A stretch of 64,000 bases of DNA. Origin: Bacteroidia bacterium (GTDB taxonomy: Bacteria > Bacteroidota > Bacteroidia > NS11-12g > UBA955). Below the pieces are notes generated by a model that saw only the letters and a list, made by a program, of their open reading frames with translations, had not been told where the DNA came from and ran no database searches. This document shows, in pieces, positions 47,406-55,983 of the stretch. The stretch covers positions 21,914-85,913 of the forward strand of contig JBIKPR010000002.1 of NCBI GenBank assembly GCA_044357345.1, read 5' to 3'. Each line of letters begins with the position of its first letter. The first letter of the stretch is position 1. The translations under genes and the position numbers were made by a program.

Positions 47406-48314
47406 ATGAACAACAACGTAAATACAGAATCAATGAATCAAATCTTGCATGGCATTTTTGCGGAGCAAAGTTTTAGACAAATGGATTGGCAAAAACTGCC
47501 AACAAAATACAGAAAGGATACCGAAATATTTAATGCCCTGAGCCTCGATGAGGTATTGTTTTCAGTCACTGTAAGCCGCTGGCCTTGGGATGAAAACAGG
47601 GCTTTAATAGCTGACCTAAGTAACTATCCAATAGAGGTTCAAAAATGCTTGGCAAGAAGCAATAACTATTTAATGTTTAACGAGCAATTCGAAACCTTGT
47701 TTTGCCTGGCTGGGGGTAAGAAAAAAGATGCTTGTAAGTTTCGCCGCGATTGGAACATAAAGCACAATGAGATAAGAAATGAATTGGCGAGTCAAATGAT
47801 GATAGGGGCGCAATCTTTAAAAACCGTTATTGAAGCTTTGTGTTATGATCAAGAGAATTATTTTGCTTGTGGAGAAAATTACGAGCTGGCAAATGAATTT
47901 CTAAATACCGTTAGGTCTTGGTCATCCGATGACGCAAGTAGGTCTAAATTATTAGGACTAGGATTCATACATTACCAAGGCGGTGTCAGCAGTGAGAGAA
48001 GACCTGATATTACTCCTGATTTGCGCAGCATTCTTAACTTAATCATAAAAGACGAGGGCAATTTATGGGTAGAGTTTATGCTTGAAAAAGATGGAATTTT
48101 AGCAACGCATAAATACAACCTTTTGGGCAGTTTGAAAATTCAAGACGACATCTATTTTATGGACCCAAGTTTTTACCAAATGCGCGACAGAAACAGCTTT
48201 GTTTTCAGCAGCCAAATTGTTTGGCTCATAGACGAAGAACCCGAGCATTTTGAATTCTCTGTGCGCTATTGTGGAGATTTACCGGAGTATTTGAACGTGG
48301 GGGAAATGTATTAG
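47406..48314 (+). CDS. hypothetical protein (orphan, cytoplasmic)
   Basis: 302-aa ORF with no signal peptide, no TM segment and no motif I recognise. Confidence 0.5.
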   Translation: MNNNVNTESMNQILHGIFAEQSFRQMDWQKLPTKYRKDTEIFNALSLDEVLFSVTVSRWPWDENRALIADLSNYPIEVQKCLARSNNYLMFNEQFETLFCLAGGKKKDACKFRRDWNIKHNEIRNELASQMMIGAQSLKTVIEALCYDQENYFACGENYELANEFLNTVRSWSSDDASRSKLLGLGFIHYQGGVSSERRPDITPDLRSILNLIIKDEGNLWVEFMLEKDGILATHKYNLLGSLKIQDDIYFMDPSFYQMRDRNSFVFSSQIVWLIDEEPEHFEFSVRYCGDLPEYLNVGEMY

Positions 48315-48349
48315 GGGAGCGATAAATTGATTTACATATCGTTAAATTA

Positions 48350-48378
48350 CCATTGGGGTGGAAAACACCCCAATGACA
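48350..48378 (+). repeat. 29-nt hairpin repeat module, copy 1
   Basis: ccattggggtggaaaacaccccaatgaca (10-bp stem), identical to 52244-52272. Confidence 0.85.
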
Positions 48379-48618
48379 GCATTTCGGTCACGAGCTCAGG
48401 GTAATCCCATTATATATGGTTTTGTAAAAACTTCAAAGCCCTGAAAGGGCAACATTTCTCTAGCCATGGGAATGCCCATGGTATATTACGGAATGCACAA
48501 ACAAATTATCGAATTTTCGCCCAAGGTTTATTACGTGAAGTACAAATGAGCGCATCGTTCAAAAGGCCCCTGAGACATCATTCTGTTTACGAGGCTTATT
48601 GGAGATGATGATCTTAAT

Positions 48619-48875
48619 CGAAATCACATCGAATTTCCTACCGCCCCCTTAAGGAGAGTGAGAGTGAATGTGAAAGCGAACACAGCAACAGAACTACTTA
48701 CATTGATAAGGAACAGGATTTAAGATTATTACCCGAAATTACATCGCATTTCCTACTGCCCCCTTAAGGAGAGTGAGTGTGAATGTGAAAGCGAACACAG
48801 CAACAGAACTACTTACATTGATAAGGAACAGGATTTAAGATTATTACCCGAAATTACATCGAATTTCCTACTGCC
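48619..48875 (+). repeat. 115-bp tandem repeat, 2.2 copies
   Basis: Unit starts (cgaaat.acatcg.atttcctac.gcc...) at 48619, 48734 and 48849. The unit contains gcccccttaaggagagtgag.gtgaatgtgaaagcgaacacagcaacag. Confidence 0.85.
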
Positions 48876-48879
48876 TCGC

Positions 48880-50979
48880 TCAACCCTGTTGTTTCACCCT
48901 ATGGTGTGTTTTCGGCCTTGAGAAAACTCTACCATGGGGCTCTTGCGCAAGCCCGCCGGGCTTGCTCCACAAAATCACATGCGGTAGACTGATGCAGGAA
49001 AGGAAAATGAAAAAATTGCTCCAAATGTTTTGAAGGAGAAATTCGGAAATTGAGTTGAAGCTGAGTATACAAATAAAAAAAAGGATTGCACCAAGTAAGT
49101 ATGGCAAGGCTTTTTTGTACAATTGAATGGAGCTCAAGGCTAAGCCCTTTTTTAAATCTTGCCAGGCATTAAAGCTGTGTTGGCAAATAAAGTATAATGA
49201 GAATGCCAATGCCAATGGTACGAAAAAACCTATAAGTAATATAAGGGCTAAATTGACAAAGTGTTTTTTGTTTTGATACAAACAAAGAAATAGACCTATG
49301 AATGCAAATGAAAGTGAGGTATAAAATGTGTTGGGATTTACTTGAATTTCAATGGTGTTTTTTGGCCATAAACCATCAATGTGTTTTAATATGTTGATTG
49401 ATTCTTGCCAATGTCCAAAAACGATGATAAATAAAATTAGTGCACCGATTAATGTGCCTTTTAATGCGGATTTCATAGTGTGTGTAGTTTCATCCAAACA
49501 CCCTAGTTCTGATTCGCCAAAATGATAGGATGAATAAATGAGAAACAGGGTCAGAGCCAATATTGGAGAGATGATCCACAAAGCAAAATTGAGGACAATG
49601 ATCAGAAGGTATTTTGCAATAAAATGTATAAGAGGCCTTGAGTCTTTTTTGTGCAAGTGGTCGACTGCACCATGCGGTATGCCAATGAGCAATAAGCCGA
49701 TGACAATCAGTGAATACATATAGGTTTCGGTATATGGACTGCCTTGTGAAAATATCAGAAAATAAATTGAAAGGGCTAATGCTATAATCAGGTTTTTAAA
49801 ACTTACATTTTTAAAAAGTTGTATGCATGCAGCTTTTATGAATGGTTGAAAGGGGAGGGAAGCAAAGATTTTAATTTCTTGTAACAAGGAAGTCTTTTCA
49901 TCGAGAAAAGAAAATATGGTAGAAATTTTCTGTGCCTTAAACAATTTGCTAAAAATTTCTTTGCCCAAATAAGGCCATCTTAATAAAATTATAAGAAGCA
50001 GGGAGTCGTAGAATTTGAATCTGTTTTTAGAGTTTAAAGCAGTTTTATCAAACTTGTTTTTGGAAATGTTTTCTGAAATTTCCTCAGCGTATAAAAACAT
50101 GTTTTTAAATCCATATCCCGTGCTTGGCTTGATGAGGTTGGCTCGTGCACCGGTATTGAAAACTCCCTTTAATTGGCTTGCCGGATGTATGTAATTGGTC
50201 ATCGGAATGCAACCTGTTTCATCGCTTAGAACTTGATAAGTTCCGAATAGGGCATCAATTTTTTTCGATAGAACATCTTTGGCGTAATCTATATTTATTT
50301 TTTCCGCACCAAAACGTGTCAGCTCGATTAATGCCTCTTTGTTTGAAAAAGGCAAGACATAAAAGAACTGCGTGAAATTGTCTTGCTCAACATCAAAATT
50401 CATCATCTCAAAAGTATTTGAGTTGAATACATCTTTTTCGAATTTTACATGCAGTCCGTAAAAGCTTTGATGAAGGTGTATATGGTTTGATGTTTCTATT
50501 CGCGGTGCTCTACTATCAAATACTTTTTTTGAATAAAATATGCCTTTGTCTGTATACAAGGTGTTAAAGCCATTGGCACTTTTAATGTCCTCACATCTGG
50601 CTTTGTAGGTTGTTATATTGTTTTGCTTAATCAGATCGGCAGTGTATTGGTACAAATCAATACTCCTAATATAATAATAAGGATGTAAATTGATGTCTTG
50701 TGCATTTGCTTTATTGATTTCAATTTGATTGTAGGAATGGCTGATAATGCCATTTAGTTCTTGTGCGATAGAGTCTTTGGGAGAAGCCCAAAAGCAATAG
50801 GTCTTGTCGTTTTCGTTTTTGTTTTCAGCTTCAATGACTGCTACTTTTTTGTCATTAAAGAAATTAGTTTCGATGAGTTTTTTAAAGATTAAGCTGTTGC
50901 TTGCACCCATGCCAATAAATACATAATCATAAACCAATTCTTGATCTATGTTTTCGTTGTATTTATGGATTTTACTCAT
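48880..50979 (-). CDS. fusion protein: lycopene beta-cyclase (CrtY) N-terminal domain plus Brp/Blh beta-carotene 15,15'-dioxygenase C-terminal domain
   Basis: The N-terminal ~390 aa has YDYVFIGMGASNSL (FAD fold), ETGCIPMT and KPSTGYGF. The C-terminal ~300 aa is polytopic, with GIPHGAVDH, SYHFGESE and further conserved His residues. ATG at 50979 is preferred over the TTG at 51003, which sits in the upstream terminator. Domain junction is near 49818. Confidence 0.8.
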   Translation of the reverse strand: MSKIHKYNENIDQELVYDYVFIGMGASNSLIFKKLIETNFFNDKKVAVIEAENKNENDKTYCFWASPKDSIAQELNGIISHSYNQIEINKANAQDINLHPYYYIRSIDLYQYTADLIKQNNITTYKARCEDIKSANGFNTLYTDKGIFYSKKVFDSRAPRIETSNHIHLHQSFYGLHVKFEKDVFNSNTFEMMNFDVEQDNFTQFFYVLPFSNKEALIELTRFGAEKINIDYAKDVLSKKIDALFGTYQVLSDETGCIPMTNYIHPASQLKGVFNTGARANLIKPSTGYGFKNMFLYAEEISENISKNKFDKTALNSKNRFKFYDSLLLIILLRWPYLGKEIFSKLFKAQKISTIFSFLDEKTSLLQEIKIFASLPFQPFIKAACIQLFKNVSFKNLIIALALSIYFLIFSQGSPYTETYMYSLIVIGLLLIGIPHGAVDHLHKKDSRPLIHFIAKYLLIIVLNFALWIISPILALTLFLIYSSYHFGESELGCLDETTHTMKSALKGTLIGALILFIIVFGHWQESINILKHIDGLWPKNTIEIQVNPNTFYTSLSFAFIGLFLCLYQNKKHFVNLALILLIGFFVPLALAFSLYFICQHSFNAWQDLKKGLALSSIQLYKKALPYLLGAILFFICILSFNSISEFLLQNIWSNFFIFLSCISLPHVILWSKPGGLAQEPHGRVFSRPKTHHRVKQQG

Positions 50980-51001
50980 GCATTTTTTAAAAATAAAGTT
51001 C

Positions 51002-51041
51002 AAAAAAGAAGGCTATCTAGAAAATTCCAAATAGCCTTCTT
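51002..51041 (-). terminator. hairpin plus T-run between the rhodopsin and crtY-blh genes (terminator/attenuator)
   Basis: The minus strand reads aagaaggctat-N14-atagccttctt followed by tttttg. Confidence 0.55.
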
Positions 51042-51067
51042 ACAGTATAAATGTTTTTTATTTTAAA

Positions 51068-51787
51068 TTAATCTTCAGAAGAACGGCTTAAAGAATAGAT
51101 AACCAAACCAAAACCGATTTTGTTTATTGCATCAGCAATGTTGTATACAATATCCATAGCATGAGCTGCTGCAGCTGGATCAGATACCAATTGGATACCT
51201 AACAATCCACCTGGAGTACCTAGGATGTAACCTAGAGGGTAGATAGCCCAACCAACTAAAACGAACCAAGCCAATACTCTTGTAGCTTTTGCAACTTGAG
51301 GGCCTGCTGATTGAGCCAATTTAGCTACATCACCAAACCAAATTAAATACACGATGTAGAAATAAGCAGCACCTGAGATAACACCCCATAATACGCTGTT
51401 TGTTCTGTCGATTGTTTCGCCGAAATAACCAGTAACCAACATCACTAATGATGCTAAGATTAATTTCCATAACAAACCAATTTTCGCACCAGCTTTCTTA
51501 GTGATTAAGTAAAACTCAACACACATCAAAGGCACAGTAAGAATCCAATCCACATAACGGAAAAAAGTTGGAGAATCACCAGTTTCCAAATTGTAACCTC
51601 TCATGTAGTAGTAGTGAACTGCTGCAATGAAGGTAATCAAACCAGAAACCAAAACTGAGGTTCTCCATTTTGGTGAAGTGTTGTTTAGTTCAAAGAAAAA
51701 GAAAACTGAGGCGGCCATCATGGCCATTGTTCCGATAAAAAACGTAAATGCTACGTAGTTATCGCTTGCGATTTTTAAATGTTCCAT
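51068..51787 (-). CDS. proteorhodopsin-type light-driven proton pump (DTE motif, Met at tuning position 105)
   Basis: Seven TM segments. RYVDWILTVPLMCVEFYL gives D97/T101/E108 with M105. His75-equivalent in AAVHYYYMR. Schiff-base Lys in YNIADAINKIGFG. Confidence 0.93.
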   Translation of the reverse strand: MEHLKIASDNYVAFTFFIGTMAMMAASVFFFFELNNTSPKWRTSVLVSGLITFIAAVHYYYMRGYNLETGDSPTFFRYVDWILTVPLMCVEFYLITKKAGAKIGLLWKLILASLVMLVTGYFGETIDRTNSVLWGVISGAAYFYIVYLIWFGDVAKLAQSAGPQVAKATRVLAWFVLVGWAIYPLGYILGTPGGLLGIQLVSDPAAAAHAMDIVYNIADAINKIGFGLVIYSLSRSSED

Positions 51788-52243
51788 CTTGTATTTTTTT
51801 ATTGTTCCCTACTCTTGAGGCCTTTCGGATTTCGCCAATTTTTAAGTGTTTTTTCACTTTACGGTTCAATAATAACATAATCTTTTATAATTTGTTTTTT
51901 AATACGGGTAAAAAAAAATAAGTTATTGAAAATAAGGGCAATAAATTTTTTTAAATCTCTTTATTTTTGGCTTTCATCGAATTTTTATCTATTATAACTG
52001 CACTTTAAAATCCAGACTTGTTTATTTTATGTTAAACAAAGCTGGTTTGTGGGGGGGGTATAAATAGATCCCAGTAGTAGAGATTTTACTCCCCATGTCA
52101 GAATTCGCTCAAAGCTGCGAATACCCTGCACTAGAATTTTTTTTCACAAAATACACAGCAGGGCAAAGCGACACCGGGCAGGTTGTTGCGTCACGTAACG
52201 GGATGGATAAATTGATAAATTGTTTTATTATTTCGTTAAAGAA

Positions 52244-52272
52244 CCATTGGGGTGGAAAACACCCCAATGACA
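52244..52272 (+). repeat. 29-nt hairpin repeat module, copy 2
   Basis: Identical to 48350-48378 and in the same orientation. The flanking cgttaaa..accattgg is also similar. Confidence 0.85.
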
Positions 52273-52416
52273 CATTTCGTGTAGGACTCAGGGGGGCACT
52301 CCTGAGACAATATGTTTCACTTATTTGAAATTTTGATGTAAATGAGAAATTGATCCCTGCACAAGATCCTTCTAAGAGTTGCGGGAAATCTACAGGAAGC
52401 ATAAATTTATAATATC

Positions 52417-52476
52417 GTAAACAACTACACCATCATCGCACTCGTGGCGTTGTTGGCGAGGACTCCATCAACATGT
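52417..52476 (-). repeat. REP unit (dispersed copy)
   Basis: gtaaacaactacaccatcatcgcactcgt followed by ggcgttgttggcgaggactccatcaacatgt, which matches the RAYT right-flank hairpin at 27 of 31 positions. Confidence 0.75.
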
Positions 52477-52515
52477 TTCAATTATTTTAAAAAACGATAT
52501 TAGTTGAAATAACCA

Positions 52516-52662
52516 AGCAATTCCGATTGCCCCGCCCCTGAATGAGAGTGAATGTTAGAGTGAATGTTAGAGTGAATGTGATATTTTAAAATAACGAAAT
52601 AATGAAGCATTTCCGATTGCCCCACTCTTGCCTCTTGCTCTTGCTGAAGCCCTATGGGCTTC
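52516..52662 (+). repeat. mosaic repeat cluster with a 12-nt minisatellite
   Basis: gca(a/t)ttccgattgcccc occurs at 52516 and 52606. agagtgaatgt(t/g) occurs three times at 52545-52580. The hairpin gaagccc-tat-gggcttc at 52646-52662 lies 3 nt after the histidine-kinase stop. Confidence 0.75.
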
Positions 52663-52664
52663 CT

Positions 52665-54380
52665 CTACTGATTCACAAACTCCACAAAAAACGTACTGCC
52701 TGCATCAGGTGTACTTTCTACCCAAATGCGACCGTTCATTGATTCGATTTGTGTTTTGGTCATATGCAAACCAAATCCTTTTGAGGATGGGTGTTTATGG
52801 AAGACTTTACCAATTTTAAACACATTGTTTTGATGCCTGTCTAGGTCAATACCTAAACCATTGTCTTTTATACTAAGAACAATATTGTCGTTGAATTTTT
52901 CGGTTTTGATTTCTATGCGCGGGCTGCGGTTGGGTGAATGGTATTTGAGTGCATTGCTGATAAGGTTATGCAATATGCTTTTCAAATATTTTGAAGGGAA
53001 GCGGATTTCTGGAGCTTCTTCACAATGAACAATGATTTCAGCTTTTAATTTTTCGATTTCAATGTCTAGACCTTGGCAAATGGATTGGACTTTTTTGCTG
53101 ATATCATTAATTTCCAATTTGACATCGATGTCTTGTTTCACTTGCAGTGATTCGACTAACTCGTTAAACATTTCATTTAAGCTTTGGACAACAGGATCAA
53201 TTTTGTCTATCATTTCCTTTTTCTCTGCTTCATCTTGCGCATCTTGAATGAATTTTATAAGCATTGAAATGTTAACCAACGGGCCTCTTAAATTATGGGA
53301 TACAATGTTGCAAAAATCGTTTAGTTGGGTATTTTGATATGACAACTGTTGCGTGAGTATAACTTGTTTGTTTTCCATTTCTATTCGCTCCGTGATGTCG
53401 ATGCCATAACCTATTACAATTTCAACATTGTTGTTAACGTCTAATATTGGAACCAGGTGTTTGAGTATCGACTTTTTTTCTCCATTTTTAGAGATTATGG
53501 TTTCTTCCCACTGAATCTCTTTTTTGAGGGTAATGGCATCATAGAATTTGTTTTGAGTATGAATGGCTTGTGTTATGTCTAGGCCAGTAATGTCGATACA
53601 ATCAAAATAGTTTTTGCCAATTATTTGTTTTCTTATTGACTCATCTGGAATGGAAGTGGGATTGATGAACAAATAGTTTTGTTTTCGATCAAAAACCAAG
53701 ATGTTTGGTGGCAGACTGTTTAGGATGTTTTCGTAAAAAGCTTTGAGTTCATTGTTTTTTTGTTCAGCAATAACAATGTTGCTTATGTCTTGAAATATGC
53801 CAATGATAAGCGCTCCATCTGTGTTTGAATCAAGAACGCGTCCCTCGATATGAAAATACGCATTGGTGTTTGAAAGTTTTGCTCTGTCAAATACAAAGCT
53901 GCTTTTGTTTTTAACTGAATTTACAATTATTTTTGTTGATTCAACTGCGTTGTCGAAATGTTTTATGATGTGTTTTATTCCCTTACTGAAGTCAACATGG
54001 TGTTCATCAAACATTCGGATCAGTTGATCTGATAATTCTAGTTGGCGGGTATTGATGTCCCAAGTAAAGTTGCCCAAATTGGCAATTTTTTCTGCATTTT
54101 TAAGGTTGTAACTGGCTTTGGTTAGATGTGCAGTTTTCTTTTCAACGGTTCCACTAAGGGTGTTGTTTAATTTGTTGAGTTCATTGTTCTTTTTGAACAG
54201 TTCTTGTGAACTTTGAGAAAGAATGTTCTCAATGTGGGCAATGTCTTGGTCGTAGTTATAATAGGCAGAATTAACCACCTCGAGAAAAGCGTCAAGGTCG
54301 TCCTTAGTAATTTCTTGCAAAGAACCTAGATGGTCATTTACTTGTCTTTTTAGCAGTCTATGAAAATTGCTTTTAATCAT
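52665..54380 (-). CDS. cytoplasmic PAS-domain sensor histidine kinase
   Basis: H-box FCNIVSHNLRGPL. N, G1 and G2 boxes NLISNALKY, DNGLGID and GFGLHMTK. Coiled coil plus two PAS-like regions, no TM segments. Confidence 0.88.
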   Translation of the reverse strand: MIKSNFHRLLKRQVNDHLGSLQEITKDDLDAFLEVVNSAYYNYDQDIAHIENILSQSSQELFKKNNELNKLNNTLSGTVEKKTAHLTKASYNLKNAEKIANLGNFTWDINTRQLELSDQLIRMFDEHHVDFSKGIKHIIKHFDNAVESTKIIVNSVKNKSSFVFDRAKLSNTNAYFHIEGRVLDSNTDGALIIGIFQDISNIVIAEQKNNELKAFYENILNSLPPNILVFDRKQNYLFINPTSIPDESIRKQIIGKNYFDCIDITGLDITQAIHTQNKFYDAITLKKEIQWEETIISKNGEKKSILKHLVPILDVNNNVEIVIGYGIDITERIEMENKQVILTQQLSYQNTQLNDFCNIVSHNLRGPLVNISMLIKFIQDAQDEAEKKEMIDKIDPVVQSLNEMFNELVESLQVKQDIDVKLEINDISKKVQSICQGLDIEIEKLKAEIIVHCEEAPEIRFPSKYLKSILHNLISNALKYHSPNRSPRIEIKTEKFNDNIVLSIKDNGLGIDLDRHQNNVFKIGKVFHKHPSSKGFGLHMTKTQIESMNGRIWVESTPDAGSTFFVEFVNQ

Positions 54381-55513
54381 TTTTCAGAGAAAGACGTCAA
54401 AGTCATGGTTTGGTTGTGCAATTTACAATTTTGTTCGCCTTTCGATTTGAGCAATTCGCCATAGGAGTAAAATCCAGCAAAGTGTGTATGCTTATCGAAC
54501 TGGTCTGTAACGGCTTCGATCTCGTCTTGGGTTAATTGTTTTAGGACGAGTTTTCTTCCGACGCAACTTACCATTAACATAAGTTCAGGTTCAGAAGCGA
54601 TGTTCTCGCGAATAATGTTGGCTGCTTTTTCCGCGCCGTCGATTATTCGGTTGACATTGGCTTTCATCAAACGCACCGAAGCTCCTTTGGGGATATTCCC
54701 AGCAAAGGTCATGCTTTTATCGGCTTCGTTAATGCCTAATATCGTTCTTACCAACACTTCTGAATCTTCCGATTCGCGCATTTCTAAAGGGAAGAACAGT
54801 GCTGAGCCAGGCAGATCTTTAGACAATTCTCCAAGGTAAGATTTGTAGAGGTCTAGCGCAGGTTGATTGTCTATTTCATACACCACATTGTCTATGCTTT
54901 TGGTGACGAAACGGTCCATTCCAAAACTATCCCAACCACCGAATGAAGCGGTATGGGTTTGGATGTCGCCATAAAAACCGACAGCAGAAATACAGTTAGG
55001 GACAAATTGATTGCTTCGGTCGCATACCAAGGTTTCTTGGAAAGCTGCGCCGTCTCCTGCCAAACCGCCAGAGACATTTACATTTGCATCGAGCAATGAA
55101 TTGATGCCGTCCAACAAATGTGTGCCATTAACGGCAATGCCGTCAGACAAAATGAATACATGTTTCAAACTATCGGCTTTGAGCGATTTGGCAATGCTTT
55201 GTCCAACATCAAAAGAATTGCCCACTTCATTGAAATTGTAACTGCATTTTTTATACCGTGCTTTTTCTAATTTAACCGAGCATATTGAAAAAGAATGCTC
55301 CGAGAATTTTTTATTTGAAATTTCACCAGCTGTGCTACAACCCATGATATCAGAATCATGAAAGCAGGTGCTAATCTGTGATTTGATTTCTGGGTCAATT
55401 AGGAACATTTTATCTGAAAAAATAAAATGCAGGTCAAATTCTTTGGCCTGGAAATTCAATAAATGTTCAATTATTTGAATTTTGTTGTTGAAAATGAATT
55501 GAGTAATCTTCAT
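54377..55513 (-). CDS. FIST (N plus C) sensory domain protein
   Basis: 378 aa. The C-terminal FAGFYSYGE is typical of FIST_C. ATGA overlap with the kinase gene. Confidence 0.8.
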   Translation of the reverse strand: MKITQFIFNNKIQIIEHLLNFQAKEFDLHFIFSDKMFLIDPEIKSQISTCFHDSDIMGCSTAGEISNKKFSEHSFSICSVKLEKARYKKCSYNFNEVGNSFDVGQSIAKSLKADSLKHVFILSDGIAVNGTHLLDGINSLLDANVNVSGGLAGDGAAFQETLVCDRSNQFVPNCISAVGFYGDIQTHTASFGGWDSFGMDRFVTKSIDNVVYEIDNQPALDLYKSYLGELSKDLPGSALFFPLEMRESEDSEVLVRTILGINEADKSMTFAGNIPKGASVRLMKANVNRIIDGAEKAANIIRENIASEPELMLMVSCVGRKLVLKQLTQDEIEAVTDQFDKHTHFAGFYSYGELLKSKGEQNCKLHNQTMTLTSFSEK

Positions 55514-55554
55514 CTAATGTATTAATCGGTTATACTTTTGATCTATATGTCTTT

Positions 55555-55562
55555 CAAAAGTA
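55555..55562 (-). promoter_or_regulatory. Bacteroidota -7 promoter box for the FIST-kinase operon
   Basis: The minus strand reads tacttttg, 42 nt upstream of the ATG at 55513. Confidence 0.35.
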
Positions 55563-55983
55563 ACGATTTAGATGGTGTTTATCAAGAAAACACCTCTGAT
55601 TTTTGACTGTTGTAATACATTGTTTTTTTTCAAGGTGTTGAAAGTTAGAATTTAATGTCATTAGTTTAGAAATAATAACTTGTATTTCTTTTTGGTTTGA
55701 CCACTTGTCTTGGATTTTCTTTTTTTTGCCATATAAAATTGAGTATAACTACTCAGTTGTTTATGGCTTTATTTACTTATTATCTTTAATTCATTAAAAG
55801 ACATAGCTTTATAATTAAACATATAACAGCATGGAACTCATATTTGATAAATGGCATTTTCTTTTAAATCACAATTGAGTAAAAATACTTATTTTTTGTG
55901 CCGAATTATTTTTTTATCCCTTACAAGATTCCTATTTTTCCCTTTTATTTGGCTTTAAAGCCAAAATTAAAATTTATATAAAT

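Noticed and set aside
52095-52402. Overlapping 77-aa (+) and 97-aa (-) ORFs upstream of the rhodopsin
   Set aside because: Both run through the GC-richer repeat modules (29-nt hairpin, cctgagaca block). Open frames here are a by-product of the repeats' higher GC content.
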